NCBI GenBank assembly: GCA_964342815.1
Contig: CAYFHS010000010.1
Span: 58,379 to 122,378 of the forward strand
Source of the DNA: an uncultured archaeon
GTDB lineage: Archaea > Thermoplasmatota > Penumbrarchaeia > JASLWR01
DNA: 64,000 nucleotides
Direction of reading: 5' to 3'
Shown: positions 38,146 through 49,800 of the stretch, one piece after another
How the letters are laid out: each line of letters starts with the position of its first letter
Numbering within the stretch: the first letter of the stretch is position 1
The notes under the pieces: model-generated
Told to the model about the DNA's origin: nothing
Seen by the model: only the letters and a program-made list of their open reading frames with translations
The model's database searches: none
Translations under genes and position numbers: made by a program

Positions 38146-39156
38146 TTACACGAATCGATCTGTTTTTGGAAAGAAAGGGCACACCGCAATGCAGTTGGAA
38201 CAATCCCCACCGTTCTTTATCCAGAACTTGTAACACTTATCCTGGTCCACGGCCCATCTCATGATCCCGGCATTGTTCGAAGGGCATGAAATTTCATATG
38301 ACGGCTCCATATCGCTCCGGATGGCCCCGGCATTGCACGCTTCGGAACATTTGTTGCATTTTTTACAGAACTCGGCCAGTCCGGGTTTTATCACTTCATC
38401 CGGGCTCAACGGCAAATCGGTAAATATCTTACAGAGTCGCACACATGATCCGTACTTTTCTGTGATGAGAAGGCCATTGCGTCCGAGCTGTCCAAGACCC
38501 GCATCGATCGCCAGGGGTATGCTCAAAGCAGTGTCATTGCCCATTGGAATCGCCCTGTAGCCCAGACTCCTGATATATTCAGCCGTACAAGCTACACAAA
38601 ATGCCATCCTCGAATAAGCAATGGCGGTTTCGGCGCAAGCCTTGAATGTCGGGGAAGCGCTGATTGCCACAGGGTCCATAGTTATGGCCATTACCACGGC
38701 AAATTTATAATCATGGGGTATCTCGATTTTTTCCCCGTTCCGTTTTCTCGAGTAAATCCACCTTTGATCGAGCCTTGCGATCCCTACGAGAGACGCGCCG
38801 TAGAATTTGGCAGTTTCCTTTAATTTTTCACTCATTTCTCCCCTGTCCGTCACTGAATATTTTTCCAAAACCGGTTTATTCATTACCGAATTTGCATCGG
38901 TAAGTTCTTCCCAAGAGAAAGCTGCGTCAAAATAATCATAGGCAGTCCACGCTCCCATCACCTTAGCATGATCCAGCCGAGAATATCCTTTACGATCTTC
39001 TGCTAAAAATTTTTCGATCTCATCGTACATTCCCTTCCCGAAATAATCCGCACTCTCATCATGAAGCATTCGTCCGAACACCGTCATTCTCTCATCGAAT
39101 TTTTTATATATTTTCGGGTCGATATTATATGATGAAGGTTTGGGCTCGGAGGTCAT
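38146..39156 (-). CDS. Reductive dehalogenase (RdhA)-like cobalamin / 2x[4Fe-4S] protein without Tat signal (~336 aa)
   Basis: FDER..VFGR, GASLVGIARLD..WIYS, AVVMAI.MD, AYSRMA, IRSLGYRA, SIPLAIDAGLGQLGRNGLLITEKYG..VRL..IFTDLPL, CKKCNKCSEAC, KC.KFW...DCSNCIAVCP. The start was taken at ATG 39156 rather than the track's 39255. Confidence 0.82.
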   Translation of the reverse strand: MTSEPKPSSYNIDPKIYKKFDERMTVFGRMLHDESADYFGKGMYDEIEKFLAEDRKGYSRLDHAKVMGAWTAYDYFDAAFSWEELTDANSVMNKPVLEKYSVTDRGEMSEKLKETAKFYGASLVGIARLDQRWIYSRKRNGEKIEIPHDYKFAVVMAITMDPVAISASPTFKACAETAIAYSRMAFCVACTAEYIRSLGYRAIPMGNDTALSIPLAIDAGLGQLGRNGLLITEKYGSCVRLCKIFTDLPLSPDEVIKPGLAEFCKKCNKCSEACNAGAIRSDMEPSYEISCPSNNAGIMRWAVDQDKCYKFWIKNGGDCSNCIAVCPFFPKTDRFV

Positions 39157-39313
39157 GGTATACGATAAAACAATTACTGAGTATATTTTTTTTGTCTTTC
39201 GTTTGCTTTGGTGAGCGATCCGGGCGGCGAGCCATTGTATTGATCGACGAGCCATTTTGTAGAAAGTATCACGTATGTAAAAAATAATTTAAAACCAACC
39301 GTGAAAGAAATGT

Positions 39314-40492
39314 TTAGCCGTTACTGACATCTATTATATCCATGGCCGATGCCCGGTTGAGTAAAAAATATTCAATTTCTTTCGCTGTGGCCCCCAGGTA
39401 GTTATTCAGCGCCTGGTATGAGGCCGGTCCGCTTTCAGTAAAACCTTTCACTGCTATTTCATAGCCCGCCTGGAATTTCTCCTTGACGCTCCCACTTCCA
39501 TTCTTCCTGCCGAACTCAAGAAGTGGGATTCCAAGAGCCGAACGATAGAGTGCGGCGATCCCGTCGATATCGCCTCGGTTCATATGCATGAAAGTCCTGT
39601 ACAGAACGTCCAGCTCCGCATGCATATCCGGTCGGGTAAGAAACGAGTTATCGGTCCCCACCATGATCTCCACTCCGGCCTTGATCATTCTATAGACATT
39701 TGGAAGCAAGGAGAACATCAGGTTGCTCCTTGGGCATACAACCACCGGAAGTTTAGCCTCCGCGATTTTCCGGAGGTCCTCGTCGGTGGCGCAGGCAAGG
39801 TGTATAAGTGGCCAGGCATTACATTCCAACGCCGGTTCAGGTCTTTCACGCGCCCCCTCGCTCAGGTGAGCCGAGATAAGTTTCCCGCGTTCCCGTACCG
39901 CTCTTGTTATTTTCTGTCTTTCGGAGAGGCCGAAATCCTCAAGACAACTCAATCCCACACCATCGGAAAGTTCCAGCAATTCTTTCAATTCGGATAAATC
40001 GAATCCCGATTCCGGTCTTCCGAGAACCAATCCCGCAGGTACATCAATACCCGATATATTTGCAGTCTCTTTCGCAATATTCATGGCATCCAGACCTTCG
40101 ATCCCTCCTTCCCTGTAATCACAGAAGAATCCGGTCCCGGAATTTGTCATGAATTTAAGTTCCCGCAGTATCGATTCACCGATAGTTTTTCTTTCAGCAC
40201 CTCTCAGACACTGATGTTTCAAACCATCCGGCGGTATCACCATTCTTTCCAGTCCGCCTTCCGGAGGGTCCGTGATGAAAGAATCTCCTAGATGAGTATG
40301 GGCATTGAAGAAAAGAGGTGCGATAATGGTATTCCTAATGTTTTCCACCCCGTCGATACTTCCGAAATTCTTCAGCGGGCCGTCCTCCACAATCCGCCCG
40401 TCCTCCACTGCAACAGTGCCTTCACCAAAGCCGGCCCCATTCCCTCGAAAAATATGACCAGAATAATATTTGAGGGTGTCTTTCCTCATCAC
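39314..40492 (-). CDS. Metal-dependent amidohydrolase family protein
   Basis: NAHTHLGDS (HxH), AHLSEG, IHL, GTDN metal-ligand motifs of the TIM-barrel amidohydrolases. Confidence 0.88.
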   Translation of the reverse strand: MMRKDTLKYYSGHIFRGNGAGFGEGTVAVEDGRIVEDGPLKNFGSIDGVENIRNTIIAPLFFNAHTHLGDSFITDPPEGGLERMVIPPDGLKHQCLRGAERKTIGESILRELKFMTNSGTGFFCDYREGGIEGLDAMNIAKETANISGIDVPAGLVLGRPESGFDLSELKELLELSDGVGLSCLEDFGLSERQKITRAVRERGKLISAHLSEGARERPEPALECNAWPLIHLACATDEDLRKIAEAKLPVVVCPRSNLMFSLLPNVYRMIKAGVEIMVGTDNSFLTRPDMHAELDVLYRTFMHMNRGDIDGIAALYRSALGIPLLEFGRKNGSGSVKEKFQAGYEIAVKGFTESGPASYQALNNYLGATAKEIEYFLLNRASAMDIIDVSNG

Positions 40493-40767
40493 CTTTGCCT
40501 CCTCCCGATAGTTACTTCACAGGTATTATTTCTACATTGCGATACGCTTACTGCAAGAAAAAAATACTACAAACTTCATTGAAAAAACCGAAAAAAGGTA
40601 TTATCTACTTATATAATAAGGACAATGTATCAAAAGATTCAGCAGAATCGCTTCCTGTGGCTCACGATTCAGCGAACATTATCAAGCTACAAATATCGAG
40701 TAGCCCAAAGGGCTCATCGAGATTTGCACCGTTGACAATATTCGATCCTTCTATCATGGTGAAAAAG

Positions 40768-43700
40768 ATGGCAAAATTCAACCTGGAACGGAGAAAGATC
40801 TGCCAGCAGAACCTTGAGATCATCGCAGACCTTATCGAAGCCTGCGCAGGGGTTAACCGGGATGTAACCGCTGAAAGACTTATGCTTGTGGAAGCTCAGG
40901 ACCTTTTGAAGAAGCAGGAGTATTCCGAGGTGGAGACAAGGATCAACAAGATGAACGGGGTACTTCAGCACAAGACCAAGATAACCATAATTCGCGAGTC
41001 GGTAACGGCCCTGACCACGTTCCGGTCCTACTGCGAGATAGCAATAAAGCTTGGTGTACTGGATGAAGCAAACCGGAATGAACTGGAAAGTCTCGTGGGT
41101 GAGCGGAGCCTTGTATTCTCCCTTGAAGACTGGAAAGACCTGCACACGCGCTGTAATGAGGGTATATCTTCAGTAAGAACTGTACTTGAGAACGAGTATT
41201 CCCGCAGGTTCAAAGAGATTCTCGACGCCGTCCGTATAGGAGCGGACCTGGAGATGGACATGATGGATGTTGACATCCTTCTGGAACTTGCCCAGGGTGA
41301 GCTTGATAGGGGTGAAATGCTTACCTGTTACGATTTTCTCTCGCAGGCAATGGCAGTGAACAAGAACGTTCTCCAGATTTTCATAAAATATGCATCCGAG
41401 CTTCGAGCCGCACAGGACAAACTGGACGAGTTTAAAGGGTATGATTCAAAAATGGACATTTCACAGCTGGAACAGCTTGTGACCCTATCGCAGGAAACGG
41501 CGAAGAGAGGCGATTATGCAGGGGCCTTGGACGTAGCTACCAGCTTGACCAATCACATTCAGAAACTCAAACTATCCACCAACGCCCGTGAGAGAATGAT
41601 GAACCTGAGGCTGAGAATACTTGACCTCAAGGACATATGCCCCGATCATTTCGATAAACGGAAGATATTTTCTGATCTGGATGAGGCAATAACCAGGGCG
41701 AAGATCGAATACAACTCCGAAGAATACCCCAGGGCCATTGATGTTCTGGATTCCATCAAGGAAGAAATGGAAAAAGTGGACCGGTACGTCAGGCGCGAGT
41801 ACTGCATATCGCTCCTCAACCGCTGCAAGAATCTCATGAAGGATGCGGATCCCAAGGTGGGAATGGATTCGGCAAAAGCTGTTCGGATACAGGAGATCAT
41901 GGACTACGCCTCGGAACTTTTCAATGCGGAAAGGTACGGGGAGGCGAGCATGAAGGCGGAGCAGTGCTATGAAAAGATCAGATCCATACTGAAACATGAC
42001 GGGAAGAATTCCTATGATAAGCGCCGGGAAAGGATTGGCGAACTTCTTGGTGGGCTGCGATTACATAAACTGGACACTCCCGAACTTACCGATATGTATG
42101 AAAGGTTCAAGAAATACGGTGATGAAGGAGAATTCACAAAATGCGGACCTTTGATAAACGAAATAGAGGAGAAAATTCACGTCAGATATCGAAACTTTAT
42201 AAACAAGAAGCTCGAGAACATCAAGGAGATCGTGGAAATGTCCCCGAGTCTGGGTGACGAGGTGGACGATATAACCAGCGGTCTCATCATCGTACAAGAG
42301 AACTTCGACAACAGGAACTACGAAAGATCCCTGGAAATACTAGACAAGGTCGCCGAGAAGGTTGAGATCAGGAAAGCGGAAGTTTCGACCATTAGGGATG
42401 GTCTCAATAAACGATTGAACAAAGCGGGGGAGACTCTCGCTGAAATGACCCGACGCGGGGAGGATGTCGAGGGTCTCTTCAAGGCAATGGACAAGATCGA
42501 AAGGTTGATCGCAAGCGGCGATCTCGTGAACGCGCGAAGGGTAGGAGATAAACTGGAGGCAGCCATTTACGGCATCATCGACAATCTGTTCCTGAACATA
42601 GACGTTCTTAAGGGCGAGATCGAGGAACTGGGAGTTGAGGGCCCCGGTTTGTTCGACAATCTGGTGGCGGGAAAACGAGCTCTTGCCAAAGAGCAGTTCT
42701 TCATTGCATACACCATTGCCATGGATATCAAAGCTGCCATAAAGGAGCTGGAGAAAAAATTGTCCGAGATACCGGTTGGTGGAGATAAGGCCAGGGACGA
42801 TATTCCCGAGGAACCTCCCGAGCCCGTAGACGATATAGAAGAGATCCCAAAGGAGGAAGCCCTGGTCCCACTGGGAAGTATGTTTGGAGAAGGGACCGTT
42901 AGCAGTTCCGAGGAGCTTCTGGACATTTCGAAGGAAACTGCGGTGCTGAAAGCCGGGAAGTACAAGAGCGGCGCGGAAGCGGAAATACCTGAGAAACCGG
43001 ACATAGTGGAAAGAGCGGCCCGGGCAAAGGACCTGCTTGACCTGCTCACGGAGAGGGGACAGGATATCAGCTTTCTGGAGAGGGAGGTGGAACTGGCCAT
43101 GGGTTACGTGGAGAGGGACAACTGGTCAATGGCGGACAAACACCTTCAGCGGTGCATCGAGAAGGCTGAAACTCTCGTAAATGAAAGTGAAGGGGCTTTA
43201 AGTATCGGGGATGTCCAATCGAATATCAATGATCTCTATACTGAAATAAAGCAGTATGAACTGCAGGGCATTATCCTCAAGGAGGTGCGGGAGGAACTGG
43301 ACCGGGCGGATTCCTTCAGCCACAGCGGTGACGCGGGGAATGCCAACACCTCATTTGCGGAATCGAAGAAGAAACTGGATACAAGAGTCGCTCTTTACCA
43401 AAAGCTGGTAGAGCAGATATCCCATATACAGGCAAAATTATCCGAGCTGGTGCGGGATAACGTGGAAGTGGGGATAGTTCATTCTCTCTTCGACAACATA
43501 AAAAATCTTACCCGAAAGGGTGAGTACGAAAAGGCCCTGGACGTCTGCGAGCAGTGCAGCGACGAGCTGAAGCGAAGAGAATCATACGGAAAAGGGTCCT
43601 CCGAGGAGCTGGCTCCCGTGGAAATGCCCTTCGGACCCGTTTTTGGACCATCCATGTTCGGGGATCTTCCGGAAACTGCCGAACCAGGCATGACCTGCTC

Positions 43701-43788
43701 CGGGTGCGGAAGAACTCTGGAAAAACCTGATAATCCATTTCTGACCTCGACACGCTGTCCATCGTGTTACACCGAGAACCCGTTTTGA
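40768..43788 (+). CDS. Large soluble alpha-helical repeat / coiled-coil protein with C-terminal Zn ribbon (~1006 aa)
   Basis: Likely start ATG 40768, preceded by GGTGA; the track's 40495 start adds intergenic-like sequence. Repeats such as GQDISFLEREVELAMGYVERDNWSMA; ends CSGC..PF....CPSC. No signal peptide or TM. Confidence 0.85.
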   Translation: MAKFNLERRKICQQNLEIIADLIEACAGVNRDVTAERLMLVEAQDLLKKQEYSEVETRINKMNGVLQHKTKITIIRESVTALTTFRSYCEIAIKLGVLDEANRNELESLVGERSLVFSLEDWKDLHTRCNEGISSVRTVLENEYSRRFKEILDAVRIGADLEMDMMDVDILLELAQGELDRGEMLTCYDFLSQAMAVNKNVLQIFIKYASELRAAQDKLDEFKGYDSKMDISQLEQLVTLSQETAKRGDYAGALDVATSLTNHIQKLKLSTNARERMMNLRLRILDLKDICPDHFDKRKIFSDLDEAITRAKIEYNSEEYPRAIDVLDSIKEEMEKVDRYVRREYCISLLNRCKNLMKDADPKVGMDSAKAVRIQEIMDYASELFNAERYGEASMKAEQCYEKIRSILKHDGKNSYDKRRERIGELLGGLRLHKLDTPELTDMYERFKKYGDEGEFTKCGPLINEIEEKIHVRYRNFINKKLENIKEIVEMSPSLGDEVDDITSGLIIVQENFDNRNYERSLEILDKVAEKVEIRKAEVSTIRDGLNKRLNKAGETLAEMTRRGEDVEGLFKAMDKIERLIASGDLVNARRVGDKLEAAIYGIIDNLFLNIDVLKGEIEELGVEGPGLFDNLVAGKRALAKEQFFIAYTIAMDIKAAIKELEKKLSEIPVGGDKARDDIPEEPPEPVDDIEEIPKEEALVPLGSMFGEGTVSSSEELLDISKETAVLKAGKYKSGAEAEIPEKPDIVERAARAKDLLDLLTERGQDISFLEREVELAMGYVERDNWSMADKHLQRCIEKAETLVNESEGALSIGDVQSNINDLYTEIKQYELQGIILKEVREELDRADSFSHSGDAGNANTSFAESKKKLDTRVALYQKLVEQISHIQAKLSELVRDNVEVGIVHSLFDNIKNLTRKGEYEKALDVCEQCSDELKRRESYGKGSSEELAPVEMPFGPVFGPSMFGDLPETAEPGMTCSGCGRTLEKPDNPFLTSTRCPSCYTENPF

Positions 43789-43885
43789 AACGATTTTTTA
43801 GATTGAAAGAGGTAAAAAAACCTTTATATCTCCCGTTCTCTATGTTGATAATGCTTATCGCAACCTATCAACTTTGGTGTAAAAC

Positions 43886-46800
43886 ATGATAACATGCAAA
43901 CGGTGGGTAATTATACTGATTGGGCTGATGGTGGTAGGGAATGTTCTCGCTGTAATTGAGGTGCCCTTTTTAAATCGTTTAAGTCCACTATTCGAAACAA
44001 GCGCAGCAGTCATAGAGGTCGATTTTCAGGGTAACAAAGATCATCGGACCATCCAGGCTGCTGTTAATGCTGCAAATCCTGGTGACGTTATCAAAATATG
44101 GAGTGGAGGTTATCGTGAAAGTGTCATCATCAATAAGACATTGACCCTGATCAGCGCTGGGAACGTTCCAACTATTATTGACGGTCAAAATAGAGGATAT
44201 GCAGTAAAAATAACTTCTAATTGGGTGAATATTAGTGGTTTTACGATTAAGACTGCGCATTGGTTGGGATACGGAATTATTGTCGATCATGCAGAGCAAT
44301 GCAAAATAAATGATACTTTTTTTGAAAACAATATCAATGCTGTCTGGATTAACAGCTCCAATAACAATACAATATGCAATAATACTGCCTCGAAACAACC
44401 GTTCGGAAATAGTGCTAAAGGTATCTACCTAACGGAAGCCAAAGACAATATAATAATTAACAACACCTTCTCAATTGGTTATCCTCTAATCTTATTAAAT
44501 TCCTCAAATAATGCTCTTAAAGACAATTTATTCAGTTCAGCTACCGGCGGAATTCAACTTGAATCATCTCATAGCAATACCATATCCAATAATATAATAA
44601 ATTCAACCAAGTATAGTGTCCGGGTCGATTCATCAAACGATAATAAATTTATAAACAACACATGCAATTCAAACGTCAGATATGAGAGTTATGAGGGTAT
44701 AATTCTTTTAAATTCGAAAAATTGCACACTTCGTTTGAACAATCTTACCGAGAGTGATGTCACCATAGAAGGAGATGCCGTTGAGCATTGGAATACCCAT
44801 AATATCGACACATCAAATAACGTAAATGGAAACCCCCTGCATTACTGGAAGAACAAGGATTCGGGAACAATACCTCTGGGAGCAGGGCAGGTGATACTTG
44901 CAAATTGTACCAATGTAATCGTGGAGAATCAGAATATAAGTAACGCGAGTAAAGCGATTCAACTAGGTTATTCAAATGGGAATTTGATCCGAAACATTAC
45001 GAGTAATTCGAACTATTTGAATATGATATCTCTGAATAATTCCGATAATAATACGATATGTGATTCAAATTTCAACTCGATACAAAAGTATCCGGTGTAT
45101 ATTGAAAACTCGGAGAATAATTCGATCTATAATAACACGTGTAAAGTCGCTGCTTTGGGGATCCAGTTGTGGTATTTTTCAAATTATAATAAAATATACA
45201 ACAATACTCTATCTAGCAATATCGTGAATTCATATGGTATCTATTTAGTTTCAAACAGCAACAACAACTCGATTTATAGTAACAATTGTAGTTCAATGAG
45301 AGATGGCCTCCAGATAGATCATTCAAGTGGAAATGATATTTTTAATAATTCCCTCACCTCAAATAGTGAATCTGGAATATTTCTAAGTTCTAGTTGGCGT
45401 AATTGTCGAGGAGACGACAACATAATCAGGAATAATTATTGTAAATCAAATAAATATGGGATATTGGTGGTATCAAAGGGTAAGAACGAAAAGAATAATT
45501 CGATATACAATAATACTTGTATTTTGAATCAAAGGGGTATATATATTTTTACCACAAGCGGACCTAATTACATAAAAAAGAATAATTGCAGTTCCAACGA
45601 TTATGGCATCTATCTTAACGATGCGGGCAATAACACAATTTTTAATAATACCTGTAATTCGAATAACAATTATGGCATCTATATGTCCTTATCTAGTAAT
45701 GATAACATCGTTGAAAATAATAACTGTATATTAAATAAAGTACATGGAATTACATTGAAAACTTCATCAAAAAATAAGCTATTCAATAACACCTGTACAT
45801 CGAACCAAAAATATGGCATTTCTGTTGAGGATAATTCAAATAATAACACTATCACCAACAATACTTGCAATTCAAATAACAGAGGTGGAATTTATCTCGG
45901 CAACTTGCATTTAAACAAAATTGATAATAATACATGCAATTCCAACATTTTTACTGGCATTGAACTTGATGCTTCAACTTATAATGACATTTTAAGGAAC
46001 ACCTTAAATTTTAATGGTTATGGTATGTATTTCTCCAGGGCTCACCGCAATTATCTTTTCAACAACACCTGTGTGTCTAATGCCGCTACAGGAATCCACC
46101 TTTATCGATCTGAAAGGAATGTTCTTGTAAACAATACTTGCGTTTCGAATCGTAATTCGGGGATTTTTCTCAGTAATGCTGATTGGAATACTTTTTTCAA
46201 CAACACTTGTAATTTGCATTCATCCAGCGGTATAGCTGCTTCATCTGCTGATTACAATATTTTCATCGGGAACATTTTGGAAAACAACGACAGGGCCGGG
46301 ATTGATATTTCTTCATCCATTTCCAACACCCTTTCTAACAATATAATGAATAATAACGGTATTTCGATATCCGGTAGTAGCAGTATTCGTTGGGACTCCC
46401 ATTCGATTGATAATACAAACATCGTGAATGGAAAACCTGTTTATTATTGGAAGAATAAAAATGGAGGCAAAGTTCCGGCAGGTGCGGGTCAGATTATCAT
46501 CGTAAAATCTAATGGAGTGGTTGTGGACAATCAAAACCTCAGTAATTCAAGTTATGGTGTACTGTTAGCATATTCAAATGGTATAACTGTTTCTAACACT
46601 ACTACAAATGGGAATTACGTAGGGATCAAACTATATTGGTCGCAAATTAATATCATTGAAAATAACATATGCCTTTCAAACATGTACAGTGGTATATCTT
46701 TAGAATATTCAGATAGTTCGATTCTTTATAACAATACATGCAATTTGAATAATTTTGGTATAATTATGGACGAAACCGAATACTCCAACCTAAGCAAGAA

Positions 46801-49800
46801 CATCTGCAATTCGAATGAAAATTATGGCATTTATTTCCATGATTCCGATAATAATAATCTATATTATAACATATGTAATTTGAACAACAGATCAGGCATA
46901 TACCTCTATGATTATAGTAATAAGAATAACATTGAAAACAACACATGTAACTTAAATCACGATGGGATCGATCTGCTCAAATCCTCGACTAATTATATCG
47001 CGTACAACACGTTAGACACCAATACCCATTATGGTATAAACATCCGGACCACGTCTTCTAATAACCTTATCTACCATAATACATTTCTTTACAATAATCA
47101 GGGTAATATCCAGGCCAACGATAACGGTACCAATAACAGGTACTCTACCTTCGGCGAGGGGAATTTCTGGATTGACTACCGCCTCAGGTATCCGGCGGCC
47201 ATCAATAACGGAAATGTATGGAATACTCCATATGAGCTTGATGGAACCCAACTTAGTCGGGATGGATATCCCTTGCTATTTATTAGGACGGATCGTGAAT
47301 TCCCTCGATTGATAGACGAGAATAGCCAAAAGAACGGTACTACTGGCGATACTATGGAGATTAATATAACCTGTGCTGATAATTTTGGTATTTATTCCGC
47401 ATATGTTAACTGGACTCACGGCGCATTGGGTGGTAATGTTTCTTTAAATCGGATCGGTGGTTTTTGGAAAGGAATTTTTTACATCGATCATGCTTTGGAA
47501 AATCTGAGTTATGTTATCTATGTCAAAGATATTGGAAATAATACCTTAAAAAGCTCAATGCAAACCGTTCCTGTATTTGACAACGACAAGCCGTTTATAG
47601 AATTGGATAATAGTCCGAATATTGGGTTTACCGGGGATGCTTTTCATTTCAACATTAGTGCTTCTGATAATATTGAAGTTGGTTCTATGTTTATCAATTG
47701 GAGCTATTCAAATCGAGCTGGAAACCTGTCTCTCATAAGGAACGATGACTTCTGGCATGGAATTATTATGTTTGATCACAATCTCTCAAATCTGGCCTAT
47801 ACTATTTATGTCTTTGACCATTCCAATAATTTCATTTTTAGTTCCGAACAAGTTGTTCCTGTTTTGGACAATGATCCACCTACATTATTGAAAGACAATA
47901 CCCCATTAACTCCAACCACCGGAGATGAGTTCCCCTTCTCCTGCAATTTTACTGACAACATCAATCTCTCATCCGTAAATGTCATTTATACTTTTGATTT
48001 CCAAAGCTATTTCAACTTGAGTATGGGAAATATTGAGGATGAGAAATGGTTTTTATCTATAAATATAGAACCCTGGGCGTCCCGTTTGGCATATCAATTC
48101 TATTTAGTGGACAATGTTTCAAATCATAATTTTACGGATGTTCGAACATTGATCATTCATGACAATGATCCCCCGAACTTACTAATAGAACACACCTCAA
48201 ACGAGACTACAACCGGTGACAATTTCACCTTCTCGGTTTTGCTGGAGGATAATATTGGTATTGAGTCTGCCGTAGTTAATTATACTTTCGATGGATCGAA
48301 TCGTTTTTCTAGCCCCTTGAATCTGACCGAAACCGGGTTCTGGAAGAATACAATTGTTATACCTTCGAATTCAACAAAGTTGGAGTACTATTTCCTTTTC
48401 GAAGATACCGCGAGTAATGTGAATTGGTCATCAGTTACAAAGCTTATTGTACTGGACAACGATGCTCCCATTGCCGATGCAGGAGATGACATGAGTATAA
48501 GATTTGGGGATGAAGTAGTTTTGAATGGGTCTGATAGTTCCGATAACATAGGTGTGGTCAACTATACCTGGTCTTTTGTATACAAGGGTAATCACGTTCG
48601 TCTCCATGGACAGATCCAATATTTCGTTTTCGATAGACTCGGAAACTTTTCGATATCACTGATAGTCGCCGATGATTATGGGAATTGGGCAAAAGATACA
48701 TTGAACATTCTTGTGATCGTATGGAATACTAGCGACGACGACACAGAGGACGACGACACAGAGGACGACGACACAGATGATGACGACACAGATGATGACG
48801 ACATAGAAGATGACACTGATGATGATACCGACGACGATACCGATGATACTGACGATGACGATACCTCCAATCAGGATTCTGATTCAAGCTCTCAGCTACC
48901 CGTTTGGATAGTCATACCTCTTATTCTGTTGGCGATCATAGTAGTCGTGTTTATCATCTTAGTGGTTGTCAGGAAGAAACCCAAGGAAAAGACATCATCT
49001 CTTGAGGACACGGTCCCTGCGGAAGATACAACGATTATAGAGGAAACTCCTATTGTGGATACCTCTCCTGAAATCACAACCACCGCTCTACCACCATCGC
49101 CTCCTGACGAAGATGATGCGGATAAACAAAGCCCCCCTGTGCCTTCTCCCATCTGTACTTCTTGTGGTAATCCTTCTGATTATTATCCGGATAACGATTG
49201 CTTCTGGTGTGGATCTTGCCAATCGTATGTTCTTCCCGAAATCCGGGACGAACAAGTATCTCAACCTGCACCGCCTGCACCCCCGGGAGACACCCCGTTT
49301 CCACCCCCTCCCATAGAATCGTCACCTCTACCTCCCCCGCCCTCACATGAGTTCCCGCCGGCTGACATTGATGATCTTGATCATGAACGTAAGGGAGAAA
49401 CCGTCCTCGAAGAATACAACGCAACAAAGGAAATGCTCGAAAAGGCCCCCTCATTCATAGACGTGACCGAATCACTGGAGATCCTCGAACGCTCAAGGAA
49501 TGAGATCGAAAATAGAAAATTCGATAAGGCTTCGAACTCTATCCGGGAAAGCAAGAACATGGCTAATGGGATCAGGGAGAGATACGGTGCACTAGTAGAT
49601 CGATCCACTCTGATATTGAAGGAACTGAAGGAATTACAGGAACAAGGTAATGATATGACGTCTGTCATCGATCTTCTTACAAGGGGCAAGGGTGCATTGA
49701 ACACTGGTGATTTTTCTCTCTGTGGAGAACATCTCAACGACGCATCAAGGATAATGGATGAAATAAGGGAAAAGGGTATTGGAGAGTCAGAGGATGGGGG

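Noticed and set aside
39157-39255. Possible twin-arginine (ARRS) leader on the dehalogenase-like protein
   Set aside because: No hydrophobic h-region or FLK-type consensus; probably a non-coding upstream extension.
40495-40767. N-terminal ~90 aa extension of the helical-repeat protein given by the ORF track
   Set aside because: The region is AT-rich and lies between divergent genes. A GGTGA SD precedes ATG 40768, so it is treated as intergenic.
44300-47200. Visibly AT-rich segment suggesting horizontal acquisition
   Set aside because: It coincides with Asn/Ile/Ser-rich beta-helix repeats inside one continuous ORF, and amino-acid composition explains it. No boundary repeats were seen.
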